Shown piece after piece: positions 45,645-54,964 of a DNA stretch of 64,000 bases. The translations under genes and the position numbers were made by a program. Origin of the DNA: an uncultured archaeon (lineage in GTDB: Archaea > Aenigmatarchaeota > Aenigmatarchaeia > CAZXUR01); the NCBI GenBank assembly GCA_964644245.1, contig CAZXUR010000002.1:74555-138554 (forward strand), written 5' to 3'. The notes beneath the pieces were generated by a model that saw only the letters and a program-made list of their open reading frames with translations, was not told the origin of the DNA and did not search any database. Position 1 is the stretch's first letter, and each line of letters opens with the position of its first letter.

Positions 45645-46739
45645 CATCTGTTCACAGCCTTCCAGGCCCGGATTCATCTCACAGTATCCTTGCTTGATGG
45701 TCTCTGCGTCTATGCCGCCAAACTGATGCTGGTTGTTCACCATCCAAGTAGGGCTTGCTCCTATTCCAAGTTCTTGTGCTAATTGGATGTTCTCTGAGAG
45801 AAGACTTTTGCCTTCGTCGCCTTCGAAGCAGTCACGTATGACCTCAACGTCCATGCCTGCCTGCTCAGCACAGGATTCCCATTCCTCGCTCATTATATCC
45901 TGGTTCCTGCACCATATGTAATCCATGTACTGGTAGTCTTCGGGGTAGTGTTCTATGGCGCACAATTCGCGTATGTTCTCGTCCACCTCTGGCTGACCGT
46001 GGAGCGAGGAAAAACCGTCTGGGGTTTCAGTTGCTATATAGTTGATGCGGAAGTCCATGTCTTCCCCGAATACATCCAACACTTCTCCCATGGCGTCAAG
46101 TGCCTGGGTACCGTAAGGACACTGGGACATCACGAACACATCCAGCCTCTTTTCCATTTCTTCCCTGCACATGAGACTACCTTCGCAGTCAGGGTCTTCA
46201 CAGTCTATCAGACCATCGCCAGTGTCGTCCTTCTCGTTGTCGCAGATTTCGGCGGTGGGGTCGAAGTCAGCACCTATCCTCAGCGAAAGGTAGTCTCCCC
46301 TGTCTACTAAGTACTGCTGGACCTGCGGGTAAGAGTCGCTTTCGTTCACATTTCCAGTAAAGAATATTGCAGGCAGGTATTCCACGCCCGTGTCTTCGTA
46401 CAGTTCCTTTCCTTCCGGGGTGTTGTAGTCTACCTCTTCTACTTCTCCGGGAAACAGTTCGGACAAACTCTGTTTTACCATGGAAACGTCGCACCTGTCA
46501 CATCTCTCGTCGTTCAATACGATGTAAGCAGTTTCTCCAGTAGCAATAGGTTCCGATTCTCCACCAGCGAATACTCCACCGATCACAGCCACCACGATTA
46601 AAACACCTATGACCAATGCAATAATCCCTTCTTTTGGCACTTTGAACCGTTTCTTTGATTCTCTTTCCTGTTCGTCGAACCAGTCAGGCTCATAGTCTTG
46701 TTCATCCATCATATCACTTGCATATGTTACATTCCTCAA
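45609..46739 (-). CDS. membrane-anchored extracytoplasmic thiol-disulfide oxidoreductase-like protein (two thioredoxin-like modules)
   Basis: N-terminal TM anchor. CDRC and FVMSQCPYG redox-type motifs. Asp/Cys-rich CDNEKDDTGDGLIDCEDPDC calcium-binding-like segment. Confidence 0.5.
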   Translation of the reverse strand: MRNVTYASDMMDEQDYEPDWFDEQERESKKRFKVPKEGIIALVIGVLIVVAVIGGVFAGGESEPIATGETAYIVLNDERCDRCDVSMVKQSLSELFPGEVEEVDYNTPEGKELYEDTGVEYLPAIFFTGNVNESDSYPQVQQYLVDRGDYLSLRIGADFDPTAEICDNEKDDTGDGLIDCEDPDCEGSLMCREEMEKRLDVFVMSQCPYGTQALDAMGEVLDVFGEDMDFRINYIATETPDGFSSLHGQPEVDENIRELCAIEHYPEDYQYMDYIWCRNQDIMSEEWESCAEQAGMDVEVIRDCFEGDEGKSLLSENIQLAQELGIGASPTWMVNNQHQFGGIDAETIKQGYCEMNPGLEGCEQMLSSSSGASGTC

Positions 46740-47082
46740 CCGGGAAGTCTTTTTTATGCAGTTTGCAGACCAGGCCTTTTTTCCTCAACAACTTGCATAC
46801 TTCACAAAACGTGGAGGCCAGCTGTTCTTTGCCCATGTCTCCCCGGGCCAACGCATTACCTATTTCAGTAACTTTTAAATATACATTCCTGTCCTTGGTG
46901 AAAACCTTTGCCTTGTATCCCCTCAAGGCACGTCTATACTGGGAAATGGCAGGCTGTGTTATGCCCAGGCACTCGGCTGCCTCCTGCTGGTTCATGTTGT
47001 GTCTTTCCATCAGGTCCTTGGCTATCAGTGCCCTCAAGGTGGGTAAAACTTGATTGGCTATCACTTCACAGACAAGTTTCAT
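46714..47082 (-). CDS. HTH transcriptional regulator with C-terminal Cys cluster
   Basis: 122 aa. HTH segment NQQEAAECLGITQPAISQY. C-terminal CEVC...C...CNIC. Confidence 0.6.
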   Translation of the reverse strand: MKLVCEVIANQVLPTLRALIAKDLMERHNMNQQEAAECLGITQPAISQYRRALRGYKAKVFTKDRNVYLKVTEIGNALARGDMGKEQLASTFCEVCKLLRKKGLVCKLHKKDFPVEECNICK

Positions 47083-47272
47083 ACTTTTATTTTGACGGGA
47101 AGTTTAAATATATAACAGCGTTATCAGAGTTTGGGAATTACGCCTATCTTCTCCAGCAAGAACCAGACAGTCATCAGTAGCAGGAAAGCCGTGGCGGCCA
47201 TCACGTCCCACCCTATACCTTCCGGCCACTTGACTAGCAGGTTGTAACTCACGTACAGACAGAGCAAGTCTC

Positions 47273-49150
47273 TTACGAAACCTCGAAACATTTCACGCCG
47301 AACCCCTTGTTTATTCCCTTCAGGATCTCTTTCCAATATTTGTTCGCGGCGGACCATTTGTCCTTCCTGAATCTCTTCACCCATTTCTTCAAGTCTTTGT
47401 TTTTGGGCTCCCCCCTTAACACCTTCTCTAGGTAAGTGTGTAGGACGTCCACCACCCTCTCACTCTCCCAGAATTTGGGATAGTCGCTGTAGTTGTACTT
47501 GGCGATTTTCTTTGCCAGTTTCTTGTTGTACTCCCAGAAGTCGATTTTCTCCCCGTTCATCTCAAGTATGTCTTCGAACAGTTTCTCCACCCATTTCCGA
47601 TGAAACCTGCATATACCCATGTTATCAGAGTAAAGTTCCTTTACGGTCCTTTCTATGGATGAGGCTCCCAGCTTCTTTGGATGCTTGTAGTCTATGTGAT
47701 AATCTGACAGGAATTTTCCTTGGATGGGCAGGGGCAGGAAAAAAGCAGGTACCCAGTATTGGCAGGGAGCTATGCAGCCCTTCTTTCGGTTGGGGGTGTA
47801 GACAGCAGTACTAACAAACCTATCATCTTCTTTTTCCTTGGCCAGTTTCTTGGCAGCCACACGTATGCCTTCCCTGAACACTTTGCCCTTCTCATCGTAA
47901 ACGATGAAATCAGCCAGTTTCTTCACTATTTTGGCGTTGTGCATGGAGTCTTTGACTACATCAAAGTCTTCCGGAGAGAACTTGGGTTTTCCCACTCCCA
48001 AGTCGAGAAGTCCCTTGTCTGTCAGTTCCATTATCCAGGAAATCATGGTTCCCACTTCTATGGCGTCGTAGCCCTTCTCGTCCACTGCCTGGACCGACAC
48101 CTCTGCGGCTCTTTGGTCGAACACCCCGCAGTTGGGACCGTTGGCCTCGTAAGGTTCGTAGTCCTTCTCGTAGTCTTTGTAGACTTTTTTGCATAGGATG
48201 GGGCAGGGCTCCCCACACGTCATGAAACTCTTCGGTTTGATTATTTCCTTGTTGTACTGCTTCAAGTAGTGTTCTCGGATGAACTTCTTGTGCATCTTCT
48301 TCCTCTTCTCGTCGGAAAAGTGTATGGACTGCCAGTTGAAGGACAGGAACCAGTCTTTGAGGTTTACGTAGTTGCTCCCGAATGTGCCGCCGGTTTTCGT
48401 TTTCTTGCTGTATCTGTATTTCTCCCCCAACTCTATTATGGCCGGTGTCATATCCTTTCCGAATTCTTTTTTGAACAGGGAGTCCAACCGTTTCTGGTCC
48501 ATTTTTTCCTCCGGGGCGTCTCCGCCAAAGGCGATTCCAACTATGTTGTGTCTGGCAAGCATGGAGCCGAATCCTCCCCTGCCTGCCCAGTCCTTGACCG
48601 GAGTGAACTTCTTGTCCTGGAGAAAAGTGGAACAGATGGCGCCGAAGTTGGTCCTCACTCCTGCCATGCCTACGCACGCGATGCGGAAGTTCTTCTTGTA
48701 CTTTTTCTTGACTTTCTCGTGTATGTACTTCTCCAGCGCGAATATTCCTTTTTTTCCCTTGTGGCCCTTGTATATCTTCAGAAGTTTCTTCTCGGAGAGT
48801 GGAAGATAATCCGCCTTGAATTTTCCTTTCTCCCCCCTCAGGACCAGGACTGCGTAGTCCCCCTTGCCTTTCCACTTTCCCTTGAGGGACAGATAGTTAA
48901 TTCCCAGTCCGCGGAACTCCATGCCTGCTCCACCCATGGTGGATATGAAGAAATCGTCCCAGATGGGCGACCGTCCGGCGAATATCAGTCTATGCACACC
49001 GGGCAGATTGGTATGGGCAAGTGGGCCTATGCCCACGCACATTCCGGTTCCGTAGTTTTCTAGGGCAAACTCTATGGGACCCAACTGTTCTACTTCCTTT
49101 ATCTTGGTCTTCTTCTTCCCTAAATCCAAAAAAGCTGCCTTGAACTTCAT
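47273..49150 (-). CDS. aor: aldehyde:ferredoxin oxidoreductase (AOR) family tungstopterin enzyme
   Basis: 625 aa. The N-terminal domain pattern ...AGRGGFGSMLARHNIVGIAFGG is comparable to P. furiosus AOR AAGRGGVGAVMGSKNLKAIAVEG. The length also fits. Confidence 0.7.
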   Translation of the reverse strand: MKFKAAFLDLGKKKTKIKEVEQLGPIEFALENYGTGMCVGIGPLAHTNLPGVHRLIFAGRSPIWDDFFISTMGGAGMEFRGLGINYLSLKGKWKGKGDYAVLVLRGEKGKFKADYLPLSEKKLLKIYKGHKGKKGIFALEKYIHEKVKKKYKKNFRIACVGMAGVRTNFGAICSTFLQDKKFTPVKDWAGRGGFGSMLARHNIVGIAFGGDAPEEKMDQKRLDSLFKKEFGKDMTPAIIELGEKYRYSKKTKTGGTFGSNYVNLKDWFLSFNWQSIHFSDEKRKKMHKKFIREHYLKQYNKEIIKPKSFMTCGEPCPILCKKVYKDYEKDYEPYEANGPNCGVFDQRAAEVSVQAVDEKGYDAIEVGTMISWIMELTDKGLLDLGVGKPKFSPEDFDVVKDSMHNAKIVKKLADFIVYDEKGKVFREGIRVAAKKLAKEKEDDRFVSTAVYTPNRKKGCIAPCQYWVPAFFLPLPIQGKFLSDYHIDYKHPKKLGASSIERTVKELYSDNMGICRFHRKWVEKLFEDILEMNGEKIDFWEYNKKLAKKIAKYNYSDYPKFWESERVVDVLHTYLEKVLRGEPKNKDLKKWVKRFRKDKWSAANKYWKEILKGINKGFGVKCFEVS

Positions 49151-49336
49151 TCAACCACCTGAAACTATCTTTAGAGTCTTTATATGGTCGCCCTTCTTCA
49201 GTTTTTCTTCTCCTGGAACCATCTTTCTACCTCTCTTTACCAGTACTGTCTCCGGGTTTATATCCTTTTCCATGAGCAGTTCGCGAATGGTCTTTTTCTT
49301 TGTGCTGACAGTCTTTCCGTTTAGGTGGATTTTCAT
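49151..49336 (-). CDS. MoaD/ThiS/SAMP-like beta-grasp protein ending in Gly-Gly
   Basis: 61 aa from the ATG at 49334-49336 (MKIHLNGKTV...HIKTLKIVSGG*). Its stop abuts the aor ATG. The 87-aa track version would translate the upstream tandem repeat and is not credible. Confidence 0.65.
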   Translation of the reverse strand: MKIHLNGKTVSTKKKTIRELLMEKDINPETVLVKRGRKMVPGEEKLKKGDHIKTLKIVSGG

Positions 49337-49340
49337 AATA

Positions 49341-49394
49341 TTAATAGAAATAATAGTTTTTATAGTTTTAATAGAAATAATAGTTTTTATAGTT
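49341..49394. repeat. perfect 2 x 27-bp tandem repeat in a divergent promoter region
   Basis: ttaatagaaataatagtttttatagtt occurs at 49341-49367 and again at 49368-49394. It contains six WATAG motifs spaced exactly 9 bp apart (49343, 49352, 49361, 49370, 49379, 49388). Confidence 0.9.
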
Positions 49395-49413
49395 GTGGTG
49401 GCAAGGAAAAGCA

Positions 49414-49423
49414 TTTAAATATA
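49414..49423 (+). promoter_or_regulatory. TATA box for nifS/iscS (near-leaderless)
   Basis: tttaaatata is centred about 25 nt upstream of the ATG at 49443. Confidence 0.5.
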
Positions 49424-49442
49424 ACAATGTTATATTCTGGTT

Positions 49443-50642
49443 ATGGACGTCTACCTAGACCATGCCGCGACCACACCTGTGGACAAGGAAGTCTTGCGAG
49501 CCATGAGACCCTATTTCTCCCAAAAGTTCGGCAACGCATCCTCCATACACAAATGGGGGCAGGAAGCTGAAAAGGACATGAAGAAGTCGAGGCAGACCAT
49601 GGCTAGGCATATGGAGGCCGAACCCGAGGAAGTGGTTTTCACGTCCGGGGGCACCGAATCAAACAACCTTGCCCTCAAAGGAGTGGCCTTTGCCAACCGG
49701 GACAAGGGAAAACACATAATCACTTCCAAAATAGAGCATCACTGCGTGACTCGGGCCTGCGAATGGCTGGAGAAACAGGGGTTTGACGTGTCTTACCTGG
49801 ATGTGAACGAATACGGATTCGTGGAGCCAGAGACGCTCAAGGAGGCGATTCGCGACGACACCATACTGGTCTCCATCATGTATGCAAACAACGAGACCGG
49901 AGTCATACAACCAATCAAGGAACTGAGTGCTTTATGCAAGGAGAAAGGAATACTTTTCCATACGGACGCGGTCCAAGCCTTCGGAAAGATACCTTTAGAC
50001 CTGAAGAATGTGGACATGCTGTCTATTTCTTCACACAAGATATACGGACCAAAAGGTATGGGAGCATTGTACGTGAAGAAAGGTACTGACATACAGCCCA
50101 TACTCCACGGGGGCGGACACGAGGGCGGCCTGCGTTCAGGGACAGAGAACGTGGCGGGAATAGTGGGTCTGGCCAAAGCCACCGAACTTATATTCAAAGA
50201 CATGGACAAAGAGACAAAGAGGGAGAAGAAGTTGAGGGACAGGATAATAAAAGGACTTCTGGAGATACCGGACACCAAACTCAACGGTCACCCGAGCAAA
50301 CGCCTGCCCAACAACGTCAACACCCGGTTCAAGTACATAGAGGGGGAGTCTCTGGTGATAAAACTCAGTGACAAAGGCATAGCCGCTTCCACTTCCTCTG
50401 CCTGTTCATCCAAGTCACTGGAGCCGAGTCATGTGCTCATAGCCATGGGGGTGCCAAAGGTAGAGGCCCACGGGTCTTTGAGGCTTACTTTGGGGAAGGG
50501 AACCACCAGGAAAAAGCTGGACTATCTTTTGAAGACGGTGCCAGAAGTGGTCAAGGAATTGAGGAAAATATCCCCTTACAAGGGAGAGAACTGCGGTGAC
50601 GATTCGGACTTTGATTTAATTGAGGAATGGAAGGAGGAATGA
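49443..50642 (+). CDS. iscS: cysteine desulfurase (NifS/IscS type)
   Basis: 399 aa. PLP-lysine motif SSHKIYGPKG and active-site loop SSACSS. Confidence 0.9.
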   Translation: MDVYLDHAATTPVDKEVLRAMRPYFSQKFGNASSIHKWGQEAEKDMKKSRQTMARHMEAEPEEVVFTSGGTESNNLALKGVAFANRDKGKHIITSKIEHHCVTRACEWLEKQGFDVSYLDVNEYGFVEPETLKEAIRDDTILVSIMYANNETGVIQPIKELSALCKEKGILFHTDAVQAFGKIPLDLKNVDMLSISSHKIYGPKGMGALYVKKGTDIQPILHGGGHEGGLRSGTENVAGIVGLAKATELIFKDMDKETKREKKLRDRIIKGLLEIPDTKLNGHPSKRLPNNVNTRFKYIEGESLVIKLSDKGIAASTSSACSSKSLEPSHVLIAMGVPKVEAHGSLRLTLGKGTTRKKLDYLLKTVPEVVKELRKISPYKGENCGDDSDFDLIEEWKEE

Positions 50643-50643
50643 C

Positions 50644-51021
50644 ATGTACTCGAAGAAAGTGATGAAACATTTCAGGAACCCCAGGAACATGGGAAGCATG
50701 GACGACCCGGACGCAGTAAGCAAAGTGGGCAACCCCATATGCGGGGATGTGATGAAACTATACCTAAAAGTGGGAAAGAACAAGGACGGGAAGGAGTTCA
50801 TAAAGGACATAAAGTTCGAGACATTCGGATGCGCGGCTGCTATCGCCACCTCTTCAATGCTGACTGAAATGGCCAAAGGTAAGACACTGGAACAGGCCAA
50901 GAAGATAACACGTGATTCGGTCGCTGAAGGGCTGGGCGGTCTTCCCCCCATAAAGATGCACTGTTCCAATCTGTCAGTAAAGGCATTGAAGGCTGCCATA
51001 AATGACTACCAGAAGTCCTAG
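50644..51021 (+). CDS. iscU: Fe-S cluster scaffold IscU/NifU-like
   Basis: MYSKKVMKHFRNPRNMG...NPICGD...FGCAAAIA...MHCSNL, with three conserved Cys. The ATG at 50644 is preferred over the track start at 50620. Confidence 0.9.
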   Translation: MYSKKVMKHFRNPRNMGSMDDPDAVSKVGNPICGDVMKLYLKVGKNKDGKEFIKDIKFETFGCAAAIATSSMLTEMAKGKTLEQAKKITRDSVAEGLGGLPPIKMHCSNLSVKALKAAINDYQKS

Positions 51022-52235
51022 TCCTGTTCCTCGCTCATGTCCTTCTCTGAAACGGTTTCTATGTAGGTCACGCCTATGGTGCATATGATGGCAGTGGCGA
51101 GTATTACGATGAAGGCTATTTTCGAATATACACCGGCGTCTGGTATCCCGTATGTAATGGTGAAGTTTGCCAGTATGGCTGCGGCCAACCCACGCGGGAA
51201 CATCATGGACATCAGATACTTGTCCTTCTTCTTCATCTCTGATACCAGAGAAATCAGGTGTACAGCCAAAGGCCTAGCGGTTATTGCCAGTATGGTGAAA
51301 AGTAGTCCGTACCAGACTATGGCAGGGTTCTTTATCTCCAGAACCAGTCCCAAGAACACGAAGAAGAACGCTGATATGAAAAATGTTATTTGATGATGGA
51401 AGTACTGGAGGAGGTTGGTGCTCACGAAGAAGTCCTTCTTCTTGAGTTTGAGCATGCTGGATATGGCTTCCACGTTGCCCAGTATGACCCCGAAAGTCAG
51501 GCAGGCTATGCCGCCGGCGCCCTTCAACATCTCTACCATGGGATAAAGCAGAAAAAGGAAAGCTAAGGTCAGCACATAGTTGTTCTTTTCCTTCTTCACC
51601 TTCTTCAGTACCAAAACCCAGAAGAAGCCTGCTATCACCCCCATCACCGCTCCGATGGAAAAGGCAGAGGCTATGCTTTGGAAGGCGATGGACATGGAAC
51701 CGCCGGCTATCAATATATCGAGCATGGCAACCGACACCACTATGCAGAGTACATCGGTGATCACAGACTCCAGTGCTAACATCACCCGGGTGTCCTCAGA
51801 GACCCCTTTGGTCCTGGTTATGGTGGGAATTACTATTGCTGAAGAAGCACCACCGATTATGGAGCCTAAAAGTATTCCGTTTAGCAACGGCCAGCCGTAG
51901 AAGAAATAGGCACCGGCAGTCACGAAGGATACTGTGAACAAGAAGGAGATCACTGCCATCAGAACGCCCCTCGGGAATTCGTGTATCATCTTGTATATGT
52001 CCATGCTCACCCCGGCTTCGAACAGTATGACTATCAGTGCAATCGAGCCGATCAGCGGTGACAGATTGCTGAACACCGATGGGTCCAGCACCTTGAAGAC
52101 CGGTCCCAGTAGTATTCCGAAGAAAATGAGCCATATCATGCTTGGTATGTTGGTCTTCCTGAATATCAGTTCTCCCAGGAAACCCACGAACACTATTACA
52201 CCCACTAGAGTGAGTAAATGCGGCAGTTCAAGCAT
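51018..52235 (-). CDS. cation:proton (Na+/H+) antiporter
   Basis: 405 aa, about 11-12 TM segments. The CPA-type N-terminus (LLTLVGVIVFVGFLGELIFRKTNIPSMIWLIFFGILLGP) matches this family. Confidence 0.75.
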   Translation of the reverse strand: MLELPHLLTLVGVIVFVGFLGELIFRKTNIPSMIWLIFFGILLGPVFKVLDPSVFSNLSPLIGSIALIVILFEAGVSMDIYKMIHEFPRGVLMAVISFLFTVSFVTAGAYFFYGWPLLNGILLGSIIGGASSAIVIPTITRTKGVSEDTRVMLALESVITDVLCIVVSVAMLDILIAGGSMSIAFQSIASAFSIGAVMGVIAGFFWVLVLKKVKKEKNNYVLTLAFLFLLYPMVEMLKGAGGIACLTFGVILGNVEAISSMLKLKKKDFFVSTNLLQYFHHQITFFISAFFFVFLGLVLEIKNPAIVWYGLLFTILAITARPLAVHLISLVSEMKKKDKYLMSMMFPRGLAAAILANFTITYGIPDAGVYSKIAFIVILATAIICTIGVTYIETVSEKDMSEEQD

Positions 52236-52294
52236 GATATTAATTGTAAAACCCCATATATAAGCATAAAAAATTTTAAGCCTAGTGAGTAAGT

Positions 52295-53269
52295 GTGGTT
52301 ATGAAAGATATAATTGCTGACGAGTCGGTCCTGCTAGAAGCCCATATACCAGAGAGGATGTTCCATCGTGATGGACAGCGGGATGCCCTGGTCTCTTGCC
52401 TGAAACCAGTGCTTTCCGGTAAAAAGGCCTTGAACGCCTTTTTATACGGTCCTACCGGCACTGGGAAGACCGCTTTGACCAAAATGATAATGGAAAGGTT
52501 AAAAGAGAAGACTTCCCGTGTAAAGATTACATATGTGAACTGCTGGCAGAAGTCCTTGCACTCCCTCCTCAGCGAACTGGTGGAACAGATGGACGTGTTC
52601 CTTACCGGAAAGGAAAGTACTGACAGTCTGTTCGACAAGCTGGAGAAGCACAAAGGAATCATAACACTGGACGAAGTGGACCAGTTGAAGGAAGATGCCC
52701 TTTACAGGTTTGCCAGGAGTCCTTTCTCTTTGGTGTGCGTAAGCAACGACCCCAACGCTTTGATGCACTTGGACTACAGGGTCAAGAGCTCACTGACTGT
52801 GGAGCCCATAAGATTCCCTGCTTACAAGAGCGAACAGGTAATGGACATACTCAAGGACAGGACCAAATTTGCCCTGAGGCCGGGTTCTGTTTCCCCGGAA
52901 CTCCTGAAGATGATTGCGGAGAACTCCTCCGGGGACGCCAGAGTGGCTTTGGCCTGCCTGAGGACTGCGGCAACCAAGGCAGAAGGAGAGAGTGAGAAGG
53001 TCAGAAAGGGTGATGTGAAGGAGGCTTTGAAAGAGGCGGAGTTCATAAAGAGGGACATGAAGAAGGAGACATTGGACCAGGACAGGAAGGCCTTGTTGGA
53101 CATAGTGAAAGAGTCCGGAGGCATATATTCTTCTGATTTGTACGAAAAGTACAAACAGGCAGTCGAAGACCCGGTGGGCAAGAGGATGTATAGGCATTAC
53201 TTGAAAGACCTAATAGAAAAGAACCTGCTCAAAGAGGAAGGCAAAGGCAGATGGCGCAAGCTTTCGTAA
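52295..53269 (+). CDS. cdc6: Orc1/Cdc6 replication initiator (short form)
   Basis: AAA+ Walker A motif FLYGPTGTGKTA, Walker B ITLDEVD, and a C-terminal winged-helix-like region. The ATG at 52301 is the likely start. Confidence 0.8.
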   Translation: MVMKDIIADESVLLEAHIPERMFHRDGQRDALVSCLKPVLSGKKALNAFLYGPTGTGKTALTKMIMERLKEKTSRVKITYVNCWQKSLHSLLSELVEQMDVFLTGKESTDSLFDKLEKHKGIITLDEVDQLKEDALYRFARSPFSLVCVSNDPNALMHLDYRVKSSLTVEPIRFPAYKSEQVMDILKDRTKFALRPGSVSPELLKMIAENSSGDARVALACLRTAATKAEGESEKVRKGDVKEALKEAEFIKRDMKKETLDQDRKALLDIVKESGGIYSSDLYEKYKQAVEDPVGKRMYRHYLKDLIEKNLLKEEGKGRWRKLS

Positions 53270-53301
53270 CCTTTTTATTGTAGCAAAGAGTAATTAAGCA
53301 T

Positions 53302-54279
53302 ATGGCAAAACCCACTATAAAGATAAGGAGAAAGACCCGCATAAAGAAAAAGAAGGAAGAAAAGGACGAGAAGAAGCCCGAGAAAAAAGAAGAGAAAGAG
53401 GAGAGTAAGAAAACCAAGAAAAAACCAGAGCAGAAGGAAGAGTCGCCTGAGGAAGAAGAGAAGAGACCTCCCGAGCCCAAGAAGCCTGAGAAAGAGAAGG
53501 AAGAAAAGGACACCAAGACCAGACCTACACTGGAGACAAAGGGCATGCGGACCACCAGGAAAAGGAGAGAGAAGAAAGGCGGGACCATAGAGAGGGTGGC
53601 CACTGGGATAGAGGGTTTCGACGGCTTGGTTGAAGGTGGTTTTCCCAAGAAGTCTTTGGTCCTTTTAACCGGTTCCTGCGGTACGGGAAAAACCATATTT
53701 GGCATGAATTTTCTGGTCGAAGGAGCAAAAAAGGGAGAACCTGGGGTCTACGTGAGCCTTGAGGAGTCGGTGGAAGACAACATTGCTCAGATGAAGTTTT
53801 TTGGCTGGGATGTGGAGAAGCTGATGAAGGAGAAGAAACTACAAATAGTCCAGCCAGAGATGTACAGGTTCGACGCATTGATGACTACCATAGAGGATTC
53901 GGTGGACAGAATCAACGCGAAGAGGCTGGTCCTGGATTCGGCTTCGGTCATAGGTATGTATTTCCACGATGTCTACAAAGTCAGGAGAAGTCTACTGGAC
54001 CTGGCACAGTTGTTGAAGAAGAGCGGCTGTACGTCCATTGCCATTTCGGAAACCAAGGAGGGAGAGACCGGTCTGTCGTCCTATGGAGTGGAAGAGTTCG
54101 TGGCTGACGGGGTGGTGGTCCTTTACTACGTGAAAAAGAAGAACCGGTTCCTCAGAGCCGTGACCATAAGGAAGATGCGTTCCACCGATCACTCCCTGCA
54201 CATATGTCCCTTTGACATAAAGAGACCTGGAGGCATTCAGGTGTACGCGTCAGAGGAAATCTTCACTGAAGTCGAATAA
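53302..54279 (+). CDS. KaiC/RecA-superfamily ATPase (ArlH/FlaH-like) with a roughly 95-aa Lys/Glu-rich N-terminal extension
   Basis: TGIEGFDGLVEGGFPKKSLVLLTGSCGTGKTIFGMNFL (intact Walker A) and a KaiC-type C-terminus (FLRAVTIRKMRSTDHS...F.I...GIQV). Residues 1-95 are almost entirely K, E or P. Confidence 0.75.
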   Translation: MAKPTIKIRRKTRIKKKKEEKDEKKPEKKEEKEESKKTKKKPEQKEESPEEEEKRPPEPKKPEKEKEEKDTKTRPTLETKGMRTTRKRREKKGGTIERVATGIEGFDGLVEGGFPKKSLVLLTGSCGTGKTIFGMNFLVEGAKKGEPGVYVSLEESVEDNIAQMKFFGWDVEKLMKEKKLQIVQPEMYRFDALMTTIEDSVDRINAKRLVLDSASVIGMYFHDVYKVRRSLLDLAQLLKKSGCTSIAISETKEGETGLSSYGVEEFVADGVVVLYYVKKKNRFLRAVTIRKMRSTDHSLHICPFDIKRPGGIQVYASEEIFTEVE

Positions 54280-54310
54280 ACTTTTAATACTACCTCAGGA
54301 AAGATTAATT

Positions 54311-54964
54311 ATGTCCATGTTTTCAAAGAGACCACCCAATATGTCGGTACTGGTTATAGGGCCACCCAGGAGCGACAAGCAGATATTCGCAAGGAGTTTC
54401 TTAGTGGACGGGTTTAAGGGCGAGGAACCAGGCATATACGTGTTGACCAACGACTTTCCGGAAGACGTGATGGTAGAACTGAAGAATTTGTACAAAGGTA
54501 ACCTACTCGCCAAGGATTTGATACGGTTTATAGACTGTTACACCAAGTACACGGGAATAATAAAGCCGGACACCAACTACGAGATACGTGTGGACGGTCC
54601 CACTGACCTTAACCGGCTGAGCATCGCAATTACAAAGGCTTTGAACACATTTCCCAAACCTAGATTGGTGTTTGACAATGTATCCACTCTTTTGCTTCAC
54701 AACTCCCCCGAGAGCGTGGAGCAGTTCTTGGGGATAGCCATAGGAAAGTTCAAGGCAAACGGAGTGCTTTCCCTGCTTCTGATGGAAGAGGGCGTGCATT
54801 CCTCACAGCAAGTCACCACCATTGAGGCGTTGACCGACTATACCATACGCTTCTTTGCCGAGTCCAAAAAGAAAGAAGCCCTAGTATCTGGACGGGGCAC
54901 TAAAAAAACCGTTAACTATAAATTAAAGGGAAATAAACTTATCTTTGAAGAGGAGATTTTATGA
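54311..54964 (+). CDS. KaiC/ArlH-like protein with degenerate Walker A
   Basis: 217 aa with the same fold pattern, but the P-loop reads VIGPPRSDKQ instead of GxxGxGK[ST]. Confidence 0.6.
   Translation: MSMFSKRPPNMSVLVIGPPRSDKQIFARSFLVDGFKGEEPGIYVLTNDFPEDVMVELKNLYKGNLLAKDLIRFIDCYTKYTGIIKPDTNYEIRVDGPTDLNRLSIAITKALNTFPKPRLVFDNVSTLLLHNSPESVEQFLGIAIGKFKANGVLSLLLMEEGVHSSQQVTTIEALTDYTIRFFAESKKKEALVSGRGTKKTVNYKLKGNKLIFEEEIL

Noticed and set aside
47124-47384. 86-aa ORF overlapping the aor 3' end. A possible 25-55 aa hydrophobic miniprotein (…MAATAFLLLMTVWFLLEKIGVIPKL) lies in the 190-bp gap.
   Set aside because: It has only one hydrophobic segment, no clear start or promoter, and partial overlap with aor. 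I cannot support it without conservation data.
49337-49414. The 87-aa version of the MoaD-like ORF, which extends through the tandem repeat (MLFLATTTIKTIISIKTIKTIISINI...).
   Set aside because: The extension is simply the translated 27-bp repeat and promoter. The internal ATG at 49336 gives a normal 61-aa beta-grasp protein.
52236-52300. Replication origin (ORB/mini-ORB repeats) next to Orc1/Cdc6.
   Set aside because: The flanking spacers are only about 60 bp and 30 bp. They contain no repeated ORB-like elements or extended AT-rich unwinding region that I could see.
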